Shown piece by piece: positions 37,801 through 51,161 of a stretch of 64,000 bases of DNA (the first letter of the stretch is position 1; each line of letters begins with the position of its first letter). This stretch comes from Euglena gracilis (taxonomy: Eukaryota), in the NCBI GenBank assembly GCA_039621445.1, contig CP154954.1, positions 41,719,572 through 41,783,571 of the forward strand. Reading direction: 5' to 3'. The notes beneath the pieces are model-generated. The model was not told the DNA's origin. It saw nothing but the letters and a program-made list of their open reading frames with translations, and did no database searches. The position numbers and the translations under genes are program-made.

Positions 37801-40800
37801 TTATCGGAATTTCGACAGGTTAGACTCCGCAGGGTGGCTGGGTTTGTACCGAAGTTCGGTGGGTGGTGAAAAACTACAGAGGGGTTGAGGCAAGCCTGAA
37901 ATGCAGCGGGTTAAATATCACGGGGTATTCGGAATGGTCCGGAAGCTCGGTGGGTCAGACACCATCTGGGCAAGGGGGTTATCCGTAGTTCAGAGTTCTG
38001 CACCAACGGGCTATCAAGCTTATTCGGAAATCGGAAAGAACACCGTGGGGGTTGGGTTATCGGAAGGATCGGTTGGTTGTGGTTATCCGGAGCGTTTGGG
38101 GGGTCCGGGCAGTCGGCGTGAAGAACAGTACGGGGGGGGGGGGGTTGGGCTGTTCAGAAGTTCGGCGCGTAGCACGGAAGTTCGGCGGGTTGGATGCACT
38201 GGGGTGGTTGGGGGTGAAACGAAAGTCGGTGAGTAAGACACCATTGGGGGGGGGGGGGTCCATAAGTTGGGTGGGTTGAACACCACAGGGTGGTTTTGTG
38301 GGTAAAACAACATAGATGGGGTATGTGGTGTAGTTCAGATTTGATGGGTCGGAAACCATGGATGAGGGTGTCCAGAGGTTCGTGGGAGAGACACCATGGA
38401 TTTTTGCATTATAAATATATCATGGTGGGCAGGGCGGAATACATTGGGTGCCCGGAAGTTCGAGGTTGAACACTGTGGGGTGGAGGGAATTTCGTGGGTG
38501 AGATACACAAGGTGGTTGGGGTTATCCGGAAGCTCGGTGGGTCAGGTAACGCGGGTTGATTTGGGTAGTCTGCGAGTCCTGAAAAGGGGAAAGAATGGGG
38601 TGGTTGTGTTATAAATGGAACAAGATGGGTGAGGGTTGAAAATTTCGCGAGGCAGCAGAAGAAACTATGCATTGGATGGTGCATGCAAAAAAAAAATGCT
38701 TGCATGCTGATGTCAGGCTGTGAAAAAAAATCGGCACAAATACAACAAACCACGGAGAGAGCTGTGTCTCACCATGGTCTGGAGGGGGCATGGGGCTGGG
38801 GAGGTGAACTGCACATGGTGGTGCATGTAAGAATGGATGAGAGACTGGTGTCATAAAAAATGGGAAGGCTGGGAATGCAAGAGGCGCTAATGAAAAACTG
38901 TTTTCTCCTGGGTGCTCCTTTTTCCTTTCCATGATATTTGGGAATGTCAATCTTACTAACTCAAGTGGGTTTCTACCACAATGGGGTTTCATTTAGAAAT
39001 TGGGGGTTCGCAGTGCAGACTATTTGGGCCCCAAAGGTTTTTTAGTGTGTACTGACTTAGATGAGCTGCAAGAGAAATTTGTGGATGATAATAAAGGAAG
39101 GGGTTAAAGCGGCGGATGCAGGTAAATGGTTGCACTTAAGCAGGCTTGAGCCACGTTCAGACAAAGCGGAGGGAAGAAGAGGTTCTCAAATTCTTAAAGG
39201 TTAGGGTGTTCCTGGTGTGTGGGGTGGTTACGGTGGATAGTGGGTGGAGGCAGAGTCGGGGCAGGGTTCCCGGGTGGAGGCCGGATGGGGGGTGGCGGCG
39301 GGGGGGGGGGGGGAGTCGGCGTCCACCATTCTCGGCGGAGAGCTGGTGGGTAAGCTGGGGGGGGGGCAGGGGCTGGCAGAAACACAGTGCCAGGCCCATA
39401 ATGACCGGTCCAGGAGGCAGCAAAAGAAATCATAAAATGGTTGGTGCACACAAAATGTGTTTGCATGCTGACGTAAGGCAGTGAGATACATCAGCACAAA
39501 TTCAACAAACCGCGGAGAGAGCTGTGTCTCACCGCGGTCTGGATGAGGGCGTGCACTGCTGCCACATTTGAATGCATGGGAGAAAGAAATTGGGCCTGGT
39601 GTCAGAAAAAGGGGGGGGGGGCCGGGGGTTGGGGGTGCGGGGAGCACCAATGTGAATTTATTTCTCCCGGGTGTTTCCCAGCCTTTCTTTATGTACTGAA
39701 ACTTAGAAATGTGATTCTCTCATGTTTTATGTGAATTTCTACCACGATGAGCGTTATTTTGGAAATTTGGGGGGTTCACAGCGAATAGTATTAGGGCTGC
39801 TCCACGGGTATGTCAGTGTGTACTGACTGAAATGAGCTGCAAGAGAAATTTGCAGGTGAGAATTAATGGAGGGGTAAAGCGGCGGTTGCAAATAAGTGGT
39901 TGCACTTCAGCAGCTTGAACAAAATTTAGACAAAGCGGGGGGAAGAGGTCCGCAAAATTTTGAAGACTGGGAGGTGGGGGGGGGTGGGTTGGTTTTGGGG
40001 GTTAGTGGAGGCACAGCTGGGGCAGGGTTCCGGACAGAGGGTGCCGGCGGGGGGAGGGGGGGGACAGACAGGAGGCTTCAGTGCAACAAAGGGTGGGGAG
40101 TCTGCGCCCACCATTCTCGACTGGGTGAGCTGGGGGGGGGGGGTGGCGGAGAGGGTTGGCAGAAACACGGCGCCAGGCCCACTAGAGGATAATGACTGGT
40201 CCAAGAAGGGGGGGGGTTCAAAAATAGGAGAGGCAAAAAAGAAACCATCAATTTGCAGGTGAGCTAAAATATGTCTGCATCTGATGTCAGGCAGTGAGAT
40301 ACATCAGCACAAATTCAACAAACCGCGGAGAGAGCTGTGTCTCACTGCGGTCTGGATGAGGATGGGGCATGCACTGCTGCCACATTTGAATGCATGGGAG
40401 AAAGAAATTGGGCCTGGTGTCATGAAAAACGGGGAGGGGGCTGGGGCTGGGGGTGCGGGGAGCACCAATGTGGATTTATTTCTCCCGGGTGTTTCCCAGC
40501 CTTTCTTCGTCCTGAAATTTAGAAATGTGATTCTCTTATGTTTTATGAAAAATTTCTACCACAATGAGTGTTATTTTGGAAATTTGGGGGGTTCACAGCG
40601 AAGAGTATTTGGGCTGCTCCACGGGTATGTCAGTGTGTACTGACTGAAAAGAGCTGCAAGAGAAATTTGCGGTTGAGAGTTAATGGAGGGGTAAAGCGGC
40701 GGTTGCAAATAAATGGTTGCACTTCAGCAGCTTGAACAAAATTTAGACAACGCGGAGGGAAGAGGTCCGCAAAATCTTGAAGACTAGGGTGTGGTGGGGG

Positions 40801-40831
40801 TGGGGTGGGTGGGGTGGGTAGTGGTGGGGTT

Positions 40832-43211
40832 CGGTTTTCGCGGTGAATTTCACCGCCGGACGCTATGCGGGTTCCTCAGGGACCGGAGTCCCTGGGAATT
40901 GCCCACGCCCGCTCAGGTGGGCGGGCCCTCCGCAGCTCTGCCGTGTTCCGCCGGCCGGCGCACGCGTGGCTGGAGCCAGACCTGCAAAGATGCCTGCCGC
41001 TTTCGAGGATGCTCCTCCTGCTCCCGCAGGGGGGGGAGGGGCTGCCGAGTGGGGGTACCTGGGAAGCCATGCAAGGAGGGCAGGCAGACAGGCATGGGGA
41101 CGGAGTCCCCGTCCTCCGGGGGTGAGGGTGCTGGCGGGCTCCCCAGGGGGGCCAACGCCAAGGCTGCTGGTGAGCCTCCTGTTGGCGGCTGGTTTCTGAG
41201 CCGCTTGGCGGGCGCTGCACCCGTCCGCCGCTGGCTTGGGGTACCTAGAGTGGCGGGCGGGGGAGCGGGAAGGCGTGCTGGGGGGAGGGCCGAGGCCGAG
41301 GCCGAGTCCGCCTGTGGGCGCCCGGCCGCTGGTCCAGTCCTCCGCCGCTTGGCTAGCGGTGGGCCAGGGGTGGCGGCTGGACCGGGGCAGAGGGAGACGA
41401 CGAAATGCCTGCGACATTGGGGACAGAGGAAGCCACGGCGGCGATGCTGCCAGAGCTGGCCGCGGCCAAAGAGAGGAGGAAAGCGTTCCACCTCTCGGTG
41501 AATGCCCGTTACCACGGGGCGCGGACCCCCTCCGGCGTTGGGGCCAGCCGCACCGACCAGCGGCGGGGTCGAGACGGCGGGAGGCCCGGCGCCAGAGGGG
41601 ACGCCATCTCTTTGGACATCTCTTTGGAGCCACGTTCCTCGTCGCCGGCGACAGCGGCCTGCAAGTGCTTGGTGAATCCGGCGATGTTGTCCCGCACAGC
41701 CCTGGGGAATGGGCAGGCATGCTCAACTTCCCACAACAGCAGGAGGGCCATGGCGGACTCCCCCTCTTCGGGAGGGGCTGGCCACAGGAACCGGTGTTCC
41801 CGGATCCACCGCCCGAGGCCTGCATTAGCCTCGGCCATCTGTGTGCGGAGGACAGGGGAGTATGAGGGCCCCTGTGGGGACCGCTGCCAGGTCCCCAAGT
41901 CCAGAGAGACCCTGGGGACCCTATTGTATAGGAGCCTGTTGGACTTGGATACACACAGGAGAGGGGGAGACAGGGCCACCGCAGGGCCAGCCTCGATGAG
42001 CTGGCGGAGGGCGCGGCCCAGTGCCACAGTCCGCTGGGTGAGGCCGGCCCCTGGGGTGGAGGTGAGCGGCTGCCCGGTGGCCCGCTCAAACACGGCCAGC
42101 AGGAGGGCAGCTGTGGAGCCGCAGGATGGAGGATCGTTGTCTCCTGTTGGAGTACGGAGACCAGCTGTTTCTCGCAAGCCGGCGGAGCGTTGCGGACCGC
42201 ACGCCGGCAACGAGGAAGGCGGTGTGGGTGGAGGTGGAGACGGCAGCGGTGGAGCCTGGCGGCGTTCCACCTCTAGGCGGCGGAGGTCAGCCACCGTGGG
42301 TTGGCGTTCCGGTGGCCTTGCCTCCGCTGCCCTGAACGCCAGGGGGCGGGGGAGGACGAGTCCGGGGAGAGAGTGGAGGGGGGTGGCTCTTGGAGGGTGC
42401 CCCGGCGCCGCATCCACTCCGCGAGGCGCTCCGCCAGCAGGCGGTGCAAGGCCGGGAGGAAGCGCCCAGCGTCCGCTGGTTGCAGCGGGGAGTGCGACAG
42501 GCAATCGGAGGGAATCAGGGCGGCCGCCAGCAGAAGGAGGTGGGAAGTGATCCAGACCTCCGGTGGCGGTGGGATGGAGCAGCGCACCTTGGAGCCCGCC
42601 GAGGCCCACAGCTCCAGAAAGGAGGGGATCACGTCGGAGGAGCCGATGGATGAGCACCCGGAGAGGATATGCTCCTCATCCTCCACCGGAGCGCCACAGC
42701 CCAGGCAGGCGGGGGAAGAAGGGCCCATGCCGTGGCGAAACAGGCGGTCCTGCGGGCCAGGCAGCCCCCTCGGACCCGGGCGACCCATTTGATGGTGGCT
42801 GGGGGCACCAGGTGGGCGAAACCGTCGACACCGGCAATGGCCCGGTGGAAACACCGGTCGATGCTGCCCAATTTATATCAATGGCCACGGGGAAGAGGGG
42901 GGATAGTCTGCACTGGCGGGCACCGGTGTGCCACGCCCGCCGGGAGCGGAGCCACCATGCCGAGGGGAAGGAGGAGGACACCTGCAGGACGACGGAGCCC
43001 GACGAGTCGAGGAGCTCCACCGCATCCCCGAACTGGGCTGCCGGCGGCCCCCAAAACTCGGATGCCTCTCCGCGGGCAGCCTTCTTGGCCCACCCGTCGA
43101 CAATGTCGTTGCGGGGGGCAGCCACACTGCAGGCCATCCTCGTCGTGCGCCCGCACCTTCTCCAGGATGGGGGGCAGGTAGCAGTCCCGCGTCGATGCGA
43201 TGACCTATCGT
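40832..43211 (-). mobile_element. Duplicate of the truncated non-LTR retrotransposon
   Basis: Same RNase H-end and CLGCG...EEHILSGC motifs (ORFs 42676-43137, 42273-42854). Confidence 0.8.
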
Positions 43212-46193
43212 ACCAGGGAGGTCGGATGGGGGGTGGCGGCGGGGGGGGGGGGGGTCGGCGTCCACCAGTCTCGGCGGAGAGCTGGTGGGTGAGCTAGGGG
43301 GGGGGGGGGGGCAGGGGGTGGCAGAAAAACGGTGCCAGGCCCATTGTGACCGGTCCAAGGTTTAAAGTCCAAGAGGCTGCAAAAGAAATCATGAAATGGT
43401 TGGTGCAACACAAAATACATTTGCATGCTGACGTCGGGTTGTGAGACAAATCAGCACAAATTCAACAAACCATGGAGAGAGCTGTGTCTCACCGCGGTCT
43501 GAAGGAGGATGGGGCGTGCACTGTCGCCACATATGATTGTAAGGGAGAGGGAAATGGGCCTGGTGTCATGAAAGGTGGGAGTTGGCTGGAGGTGAAGGAG
43601 GCGCTGATGTAAATTCATGTTTCCGAGGGTGTTCTCTAGCTTTTCTTCTTTCCCTGCAATTTGGGAGATGCTGTTCTTTATGTTTTATGTGAGTTTATAA
43701 CACAGTGGGTCTTATTGCGGAAACTTGGGGGTTCGCGGTGAAGAGGATTTGGGCTGCCCCACTGGTGTGTTTTGACTGAAATGAGCTGCAAGGGAAATTT
43801 GTGGATGAAATTTATGCGCAGAATTAAAAAGGGTGTTTAAAGCAGCGTTTGCGTGTAAGTGGTCCTGCATAGAAATGGTTTCATTTCAGCAGCCAGCACC
43901 AGATGGATGTAATGCAGGGGGAGTTTCCTGATAGCTTAAATGGTGGGGCATTTGTGCGTGAGTGGGGTGGGTAGTGGGTGGAGGCAGAGTTGGGCAGGAT
44001 TCCCGGGTGCCGGACAGGGGTTGGCAGGGGGGTGAGTAGTGGGCACCATGCTTGGCGGGTGGTGGGGGATGGGCTGGGCGGGGCTGGTCGAATGGGGGGG
44101 GGGGTGGCAAAATTCCGAGAGGCAACAAATCAATTTGCTAGTGCATGCAAACCACGTTTGCATGCTGATGCCAGGCTGCGAGATAAAATCAGCACAAATG
44201 CATGATTCGGGGCTGGAGCAAGCAAAGGCCAGGTACCGGGTTGGAGCTGGCCTTTGAATGCAGGGGCAACGGCGGGCAGCCAGGTGGCTACCGTGTGAGT
44301 GTGGGTGCTGTCCGGTGGGGACGGGGGGGTGCGCCCAATGTGCTGTCGTGCCGTGTCTGGGGGTTTAGGGTGGGGGGGGCGTGTGCGAGGAGCTCCGGGG
44401 GGGGGGAGGAAAATGGGCCGCCGCGAGCGTTGGCGACCGGACCCGATCTCCTTGGTCCGTGGCCCGTTCATAGGCTGGGGTTGGGGCCGGGCCAGGACAG
44501 TAGAGCGAACGCCGGCGCTGATGCCCGGCACGAGCCAAGCACCCACACACAGGGTGGGGGGGTGTCTGTCGGGGGGGGGGTTCCGCATGCTGTGAGGGGC
44601 CCGTCTCTGGATTTTTGCAGCAAGTGCGCGGGGGGTATCGTGTGGGTTCGGGGCTGGGGTGATGCTGATCTGAGTAGGGGGGGAGTTAATGGGCACAAGG
44701 TCTGAGCGGTGCCAGACCGTGGAAAGTCAGGAGGGGGGGGGCCTGGCGCGGGGGTGGGGGATTTGTCCCAGAGGGCTGGTGTCGCCCCGGTCAACCCAGT
44801 TGGTGGTACTGCATGATGATGCCAGGGGTGGCCCGGCACTCTCAGAGGAGGACTGGCGGGTGGCTATCAAAGAAAGGAATAAATATGCTAAATTTTTATT
44901 TTAAAAAAAAACAGAGGAGCCTGAGGTTGGGGTGGGGGTGACTGCCACTGTGCACTCGCTGGGGGGGGGGGCGTTGTGTGCCTCCGAGGGGTTCTTCATG
45001 TAAGCACTAACCTCAGGTAGGGGTGAATGCGGGTAGGGGGTGTCTGGGTCATTCGGGGCTAGAGCAAGCAAAGGCCAGGTACCGGGTTGGGGCTGGCCTT
45101 TGAATGCAGGGGCAACGGCGGGCAGCCAGGGGGCGATTGGGGGAGCGTGGGTGCTGTCCGGTGGGGGACGGGGGGGGTGCGCACAATGTGCTGTCGTGCC
45201 GTGTCTGGGGGTTTAGGGTGGGGGGGGGGGCGTGTGCGAGGAGCTCCGGGGAGGGGGGGAGGAAAATGGGCCGCCGCGAGCTTCGGCGGCCGGGCCCGAG
45301 CTCATTTCTCTGGTAGGTGGTGGGGTGGTCCGGACCCCCCGCGGGCCAGGAGCGGGGGGGGGGGGGGGGTCGGCGATGCCGGTGCCTGCTTGGGTCATCA
45401 CAGACAGAGAGGAGGATGGCGGTGGCGGCGGAAAAAAGCGTCCCCGGGTGGGTGCCGAGGGTTTTGGCTGTGTGGCGGGTGGTGGAAGGGCCGGACGTGG
45501 GGGGAGTGCCGGTCGCGAACATCGTACGATGATCCCGCCGAGCGTGAAGGGCAGGGAACAGGGCCAGGGCGACGAGGAGGGGGTCGTCTGCGGCGGTGAA
45601 CTTCGTACGAGGATCCCGCCGAGCGCGAGGAGCAGGGAACAGGGTCAGGGCGACGAGGGAGGGGGTCGTCTGCGGCGGTGAACTTCGTACGATGTGCACG
45701 CCATGTTGAACGGCAGGGTTGATGATGAGGGCGATGGGCGAGGTGTCCTGGGGCAGAGGCGAAGTACTTCGTATGATGACCTCGCTGCGGGGAACAACAG
45801 GGAGGGACAGGATGGCGACGAACAACAGGCTGAGTCGTCGGTGAACTTCGTACGATGACGTTGGGAGGCAGGGGATGGGGGCGACGGTGGCCCGGGGCGG
45901 GAGGTGGATGAGGGCGTGCCCGCTGGGGGGGCAGAGGCCGGGATGGAATGATGGGGGGATGAGGGCGTGCCCGCTGGGGGGCAGAGGCTGTGATGGGGGA
46001 TGAGGGCGTGCCCGCTGGGGGTTAAGTCGGAAGGGACCCCGGGGGTACCACCAGTTCACCATACCTAGGTGTGTCGTCGAGTCCTGGGACCTATTCCATC
46101 ATTTGTCCTCCTATCCTAATATAATACACTTTTGTTGTTTTCGGAGCCTGACAACGCACACAGAAAAGGTTATTCAAAAAGCAAAAAAAATTC

Positions 46194-46520
46194 GTTGTTG
46201 TTGTTGTTGTTGTTGTTGTTGTCATTGTTGTTCATGTATGTACTTATGTAAGTGATGTATGTATGTATGTATGTATGTATGTATGTATGTATGTATGTAT
46301 GTATGTATGTATGTATGTATGTATGTATGTATGTATGTATGTATGTATGTATGTATGTATGTATGTATGTATGTGTGTATGTATGTATGTATGTATGTAT
46401 GTATGTATGTATGTATGTATGTATGTATGTATGTATGTATGTATGTATGTATGTGAGTGTATGTATGTGTGTATGTACGCATGTGCATATGTATATATGT
46501 ATGTGTGTGTGTGTGTGCGT
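46194..46520. repeat. (GTT)n/(TATG)n/(TG)n microsatellites, copy 2
   Basis: Directly visible. Confidence 0.98.
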
Positions 46521-47065
46521 GTTCTTAACAATTTATGTGATTCTTTTTTGGTGGATTGCGTTAATTTGAGTTTCATTTTATTGCTGGACAGGATTTTTTG
46601 ACAGAAAATATGCAGTTAAGCAAAACACAACAAAATTGATTTTTGGTTCTGATACCACCTGAGGTTTTTCCTATCAATGATTTCTATGCAGAGATGAGCC
46701 CATGTTTGGCGGTCAATTCAAAGCCCCTTAGGCCGTTTAAAAAATTGGGGGGTTTAGTTGTCCTTTTTTGCAGCTAAATTTGTTGCTTCCCTGCTCAAAT
46801 TCGACATTTTTAAAGCTTCTTGGAAGCACATCTGAGGTTCCATTTCGGGTGCGAGAGTTTGCAGCCAAAAGTGCCATTTTGTGCACTTTTTGGGCAAAAA
46901 ATTCTCAAAAATGAAAAAAAAAGCAAAAAGCGCCGGAAGGAAAATTTTGACCTTTTTGGGTGGGGTCCATCCCCCTCCCCCCTGGGTTGGTCCGGACCCC
47001 CCACCGGTTTGGGGAGGGACACCCTCCTTATATCGAACCCTGCCCAATCAAATGTGCAAATAAAG

Positions 47066-48225
47066 CCCTGGCACTAAAACCAACCCGAGCGATGCTGTTT
47101 GGATCGGCATGGCCCAATCCATATGGTGACACGGTGACAGGCGTGGCCGACCTGGGGGATGTGCTGAAGGAAGGCCAGGGTTGACTGACCTAACCGCTTT
47201 GTCCTGCAGACCCCCTTTCTTTTCACCTGTTTTGATGACGATAAACTTGACAGGCAAAAAATTCTAAATAAACACAATTATTTGTTCTTCCTGAATTGTT
47301 CGCCATTCTGTTTTGGCCGGTTGGGATTTGCGTTGGTATTTGTGATGAAATCTGTGTTGTGATTTGTGTTGGGATTTGTGTTGAAATTTGTGTTGGGATC
47401 TGCGTTGGCGTTTATGTTGAAATTTGCGTTTTTTTGGGATCTTGTTGGGATCCGAAGGGTTACCCCCATTTAATACCTTTTCCCAGCTGGTTGGCTGGAC
47501 CCCCCTGGGGGTTAACTCATGGTGGGGGGTTAAGAATTTCCCTGTATGGCATTCCCAGGGTCCTTTTTCACACCAGGCTTATAATCGTTGCAAACAGCTG
47601 CCCACCGCACCTTTCTTGCGCACACTTCGCATTCTCCGTCAGCCATGAAGGCGGTTCCCTGAGGACGCTGCATGTGTACTCCCTGCAGGATCCGGTATCT
47701 CCCAGCCCCGCCCTGTTGGATGCGCGAAGGTTTGGCGGTGTGGTGAGGACAACATGCCATTGTGGCAGCAGTGGCACCCACAGTGCTAATGCGACCCGCG
47801 ACCGCATGCTGGGAGAGTGAGGCATCGTGCATCGTTTTCTGGGCGTTCGTCACAGACGTGGTTTTTTTGCGCCTCCGGGCGGTAAATGCTGCTTTTTTTT
47901 GCACGGCGGCCGCGGCGGAAAAGGGGTCACCGCGTCCGCGCCCATTTTGCTGCTTTTTCGCATGCCTGACGGGGCGGAAAAGGGGTCTCCGTGTCCGCGG
48001 TCCTTCACAACAATCAGGTGAAGGCTTTGCAGGCCACCCCCCCCCCCACCTGTCGTGGGCTCTTTCTCTGCAACGTACCTGCAGGTCAACCCGGGGGCGA
48101 TGGCCCAGCGGGTGGCGGACTGCTACGGGCCAGCAGCAGAGCGGTGGGTGCACGACGCCCCCGCCCACATCGTGCCCCAGACGCCCGCCGACCTCCAGCG
48201 CTACATCCAATTCCTGGGCCTGTGA
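47066..48225 (+). CDS. 3' exons of FSH1-like serine hydrolase, copy 2
   Basis: Exons ~47066-47179, 47643-47694 and 48085-48225, matching copy 1. Confidence 0.7.
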
Positions 48226-48429
48226 CGCCCGCCGCGACGTGCTCAACCTCTCAATTGTGCTCTCAACTGCATTGAGTGCAGGTGCACAAACGTCCATTTT
48301 TCTGGTGTACATTACGCCTATTTGCCCCCTCGCACAGCACTTTTCTTCTTCTTTCCACACTCTTTTTCTGCTGTCTGTTTGCTTTTATAATTTCCTGGAA
48401 TTTTTTTCAGTCCTCACCTGGATGTGGAA

Positions 48430-48707
48430 CAGGGTTTTTTTTTTTTTTAGTCTTGGACCTTCTCCCCTTGGGAGGGGTGGAGGGGGGGTGGGTCCCTTGG
48501 ACCCCTTCGCCCCGGGGGGGGGTGGGGTGGTGGGTATATCTTTTTTGGCGCCGAAAATTTTGAAAACGGTGCTATTTTTAGCATTTTCGAGCAAAAGTGG
48601 GTGGTCCCCCAGGATCCCCCCCCCTGGGGGGCCCCACCTCTGGGGGTGGGTGGGTGGGTGCCGACCCCCCTTCCCTCCTCCCCCCCCGGTCTAAAAAAAA
48701 AACCCTG
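48430..48707. mobile_element. hAT-type MITE with 8-bp TSD, copy 2
   Basis: atgtggaa at 48422-48429 and 48708-48715; CAGGG/CCCTG ends. Confidence 0.9.
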
Positions 48708-50757
48708 ATGTGGAAGCCCTGAGTAGGCTTCTGCTTAAGAAATATTGGTGCCTCCAGGGGGAACTGCAGCTGGCCCAAAGTCAGGGATCTGTTAGGCGCT
48801 GGGGAGAAGTTCTTGACCCCCAACCCAAAATGCCCTAAATGCCCATTTTTGGCTTTTTGGGGGGGGAGCAACCAACAAAAATCTTTAAACGTTTCAGCCC
48901 CCCCCCCCAACGCAAGGTATTAAAAAAAAAGTGGGTATTGACTAGTTTTTGGCTCCAAACCCCCCCACCCAGTGGGCGGTCGGCCAGGATTGGCTGAAAG
49001 TGACCACCTGGCACCAAAAGGCCAATTTTGGGGGGATTTTCCACCAAAATTCTTTGATTTTTGGCCATTTTTGTCCGACTGGCCAAAGTGACCAACCCCT
49101 CCCCCCCCCCCCCCCGGGGGGAAGTGGGTGACTGGTTTTCGAAAAGTGACTGACAGGTTTTTGAAAGTGGAAAGTAACCCCCCAGGGGAGGTTGGTAAGC
49201 AGTGGTATGGTTCCGACCTGGGGGGGGGGAGACCCTCCCTCCTCCTCCCCGTTCACTCAATACCCTGCCGCCAAGAGGGAGTTTCTAGCTGGTGGACTGC
49301 CTTCAGCTCAGTCCAGTGGACCCCAGGGGCCTTGGGCAAAGGCCTGGCCCTGAGTAAACCCTTTAGAAGGAGCCGAGACAAGGATTTCAAGTAAGTTTGA
49401 AGGAAGACATCAGCAAGCGTGCATGCACATGGAGCTGCACACATCACCACCAATGGCGAAAGAGGGTTTCACAAAAGAAAGTGCACGGAACCGTCCCAAC
49501 AATAAAACAGCAGAACCATTTTGAGTTCAGGAATTTGTGAAAATGAATCATGAAGACCCGATCTCACAACTGAAAGAGAGAATCTTGCGAAGCAAGGCTT
49601 TGGTGCATTGGTGCGAGAGTATATCTGAAGGCAGGGCTGACCCCCCTGGGGCTCCCTGCCTGTCAGGCATAACTGTTTTTGAAGGCGAAAAATTTCAAAA
49701 ATTTAGGTTTTTAAGGGTTTTTTCGGGCATGGTTGGTTTGCTAAGTTGCCTGCTTGTATTAATGTAAGGGTGCCAAAGCAAAACGACAAATATCAATAAA
49801 TGCTTTTGTTTTCTCCTCTTTGAGCTAGAATTGCACAAACAGGTCACCAATTTTGACCAAACCGGGGGGAGGGTGCTTCAGACACCAAATAGGCCCAAAT
49901 TAAAGCCAAAATGGGGTTTGCAACCCAGCTTAAACCCCCAAGACCACTCCCCATGCTAACTCAACTCCTACAACCAACCCAAATCCCAACAGCAATCGTG
50001 GGAAGGGTTCAGGCTGCTGGGACTCCTATGGGTATGACTGGGGGGGGGCACAGGCACTAATGTGAAGCTGTCATTGTTAGGTAATTATTCACATTTCTTC
50101 TCATTTTCTTTTCATTTTATTTCAAATGACATTGTACCTACATGTATTGTATTGTATGCATCTTGAGAATTTTTATGAAGTAATAAGGTGTCTATTTTCC
50201 AAGGGCAGTCAAAGAGCTGGTTCTTTTTTGCTCGATATTCGAAAAATTTTCCGGGGCGTATTTTTTGCGGATTTTTCAGGGTTTTTTTCAGGTTTTCAAG
50301 GCGCCTTGAAAAAATAATGCCTGCTGCCTGTTGGGAGCAAATTCTGGATGACCCCCAACTCGGAGGGGCACAACCTTCGGCTCAGTGCGGCCCCATTGGG
50401 AAGGAGGGGGCTCTTCCCCGCGGTGTTCCCCCCAGGGCCCCCCATGGGCCGCTGCGGCGTCGCAGCGCTCCTGGCGGCCCTCCTTTCGGTGCTCTTCTGC
50501 CCCGGGGCCTCGGGGGCAGCCGTCTGTTTCAGGAAGGCACGCCCCCCCAAGGCTTGACTTGGGTGGCATGAGAAGGGAGGGGGACAGGCAGGGTTGATCC
50601 CCCTTTCAAGGAGGGCCAGCTTTTCGGGCTTTGGAGGTTATTGTGGTGCAGTGTACCCCTGGCTCCCTGCACCCACCAACGGTTAGATTGCCAAACTAAA
50701 TTTTGCTTTCCGTTTTTACCGCCCGTAGATCGCGTTGGTATGGGTGGTGCACACAGA

Positions 50758-50851
50758 TTGGACAAAAGTTCGAGGAGAGGAAAAAGGAGAGTTCAAAAAA
50801 AAGATCCTACGCAAAAGCTGAGTTCCAAGAAGAAGGACAAAAAGCTTTACA
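50758..50851 (+). repeat. 5' LTR remnant (last ~95 bp only)
   Basis: Aligns to 58661-58750, both ending ccaagaagaaggacaaaaagctttaca. Confidence 0.9.
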
Positions 50852-50853
50852 AT

Positions 50854-50864
50854 TGGTAGCAGAG
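50854..50864 (+). promoter_or_regulatory. Primer binding site, initiator tRNA-Met type
   Basis: tggtagcagag 2 nt after the LTR-terminal CA; complementary to the ...CUCUGCUACCA 3' end of eukaryotic tRNAiMet. Confidence 0.85.
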
Positions 50865-51161
50865 AGGTATCATCTACCTCGACTTGCTGTCCTATCCTAC
50901 CCGTGGTCGCCGTCGTCGGAAGTCGTCGGAGAAGCGACACCGCCGAGAGCAACAAGAGGAGAAGAGAGCCTCCGAGGAGCCGCTCTGACCTTCCCTCTGA
51001 CCGCCTGACTGGACCCTGCCTGACCCACTCCTTTGTGGTCGGCCCCCAGTCAAAGCTTTTTACTAAGGCCAGCCGGACAAAGCCCACCCCCGGGGAGAGA
51101 CAAAGAAAGAGAACCCTCTCAAGTGTGAAAAGCCATAGCGTGAGCCTGTGAGCCCACCGCC

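Larger units (their letters stand above)
27421..50757 (+). repeat. Segmental duplication, copy 2 (~23.3 kb)
   Basis: Colinear with 2416-26433, apart from a ~0.67-kb deletion at ~30665 and homopolymer-associated differences. Confidence 0.98.

Noticed and set aside
50854-50864. tRNA-like sequence
   Set aside because: Only an 11-nt complement (PBS); no cloverleaf
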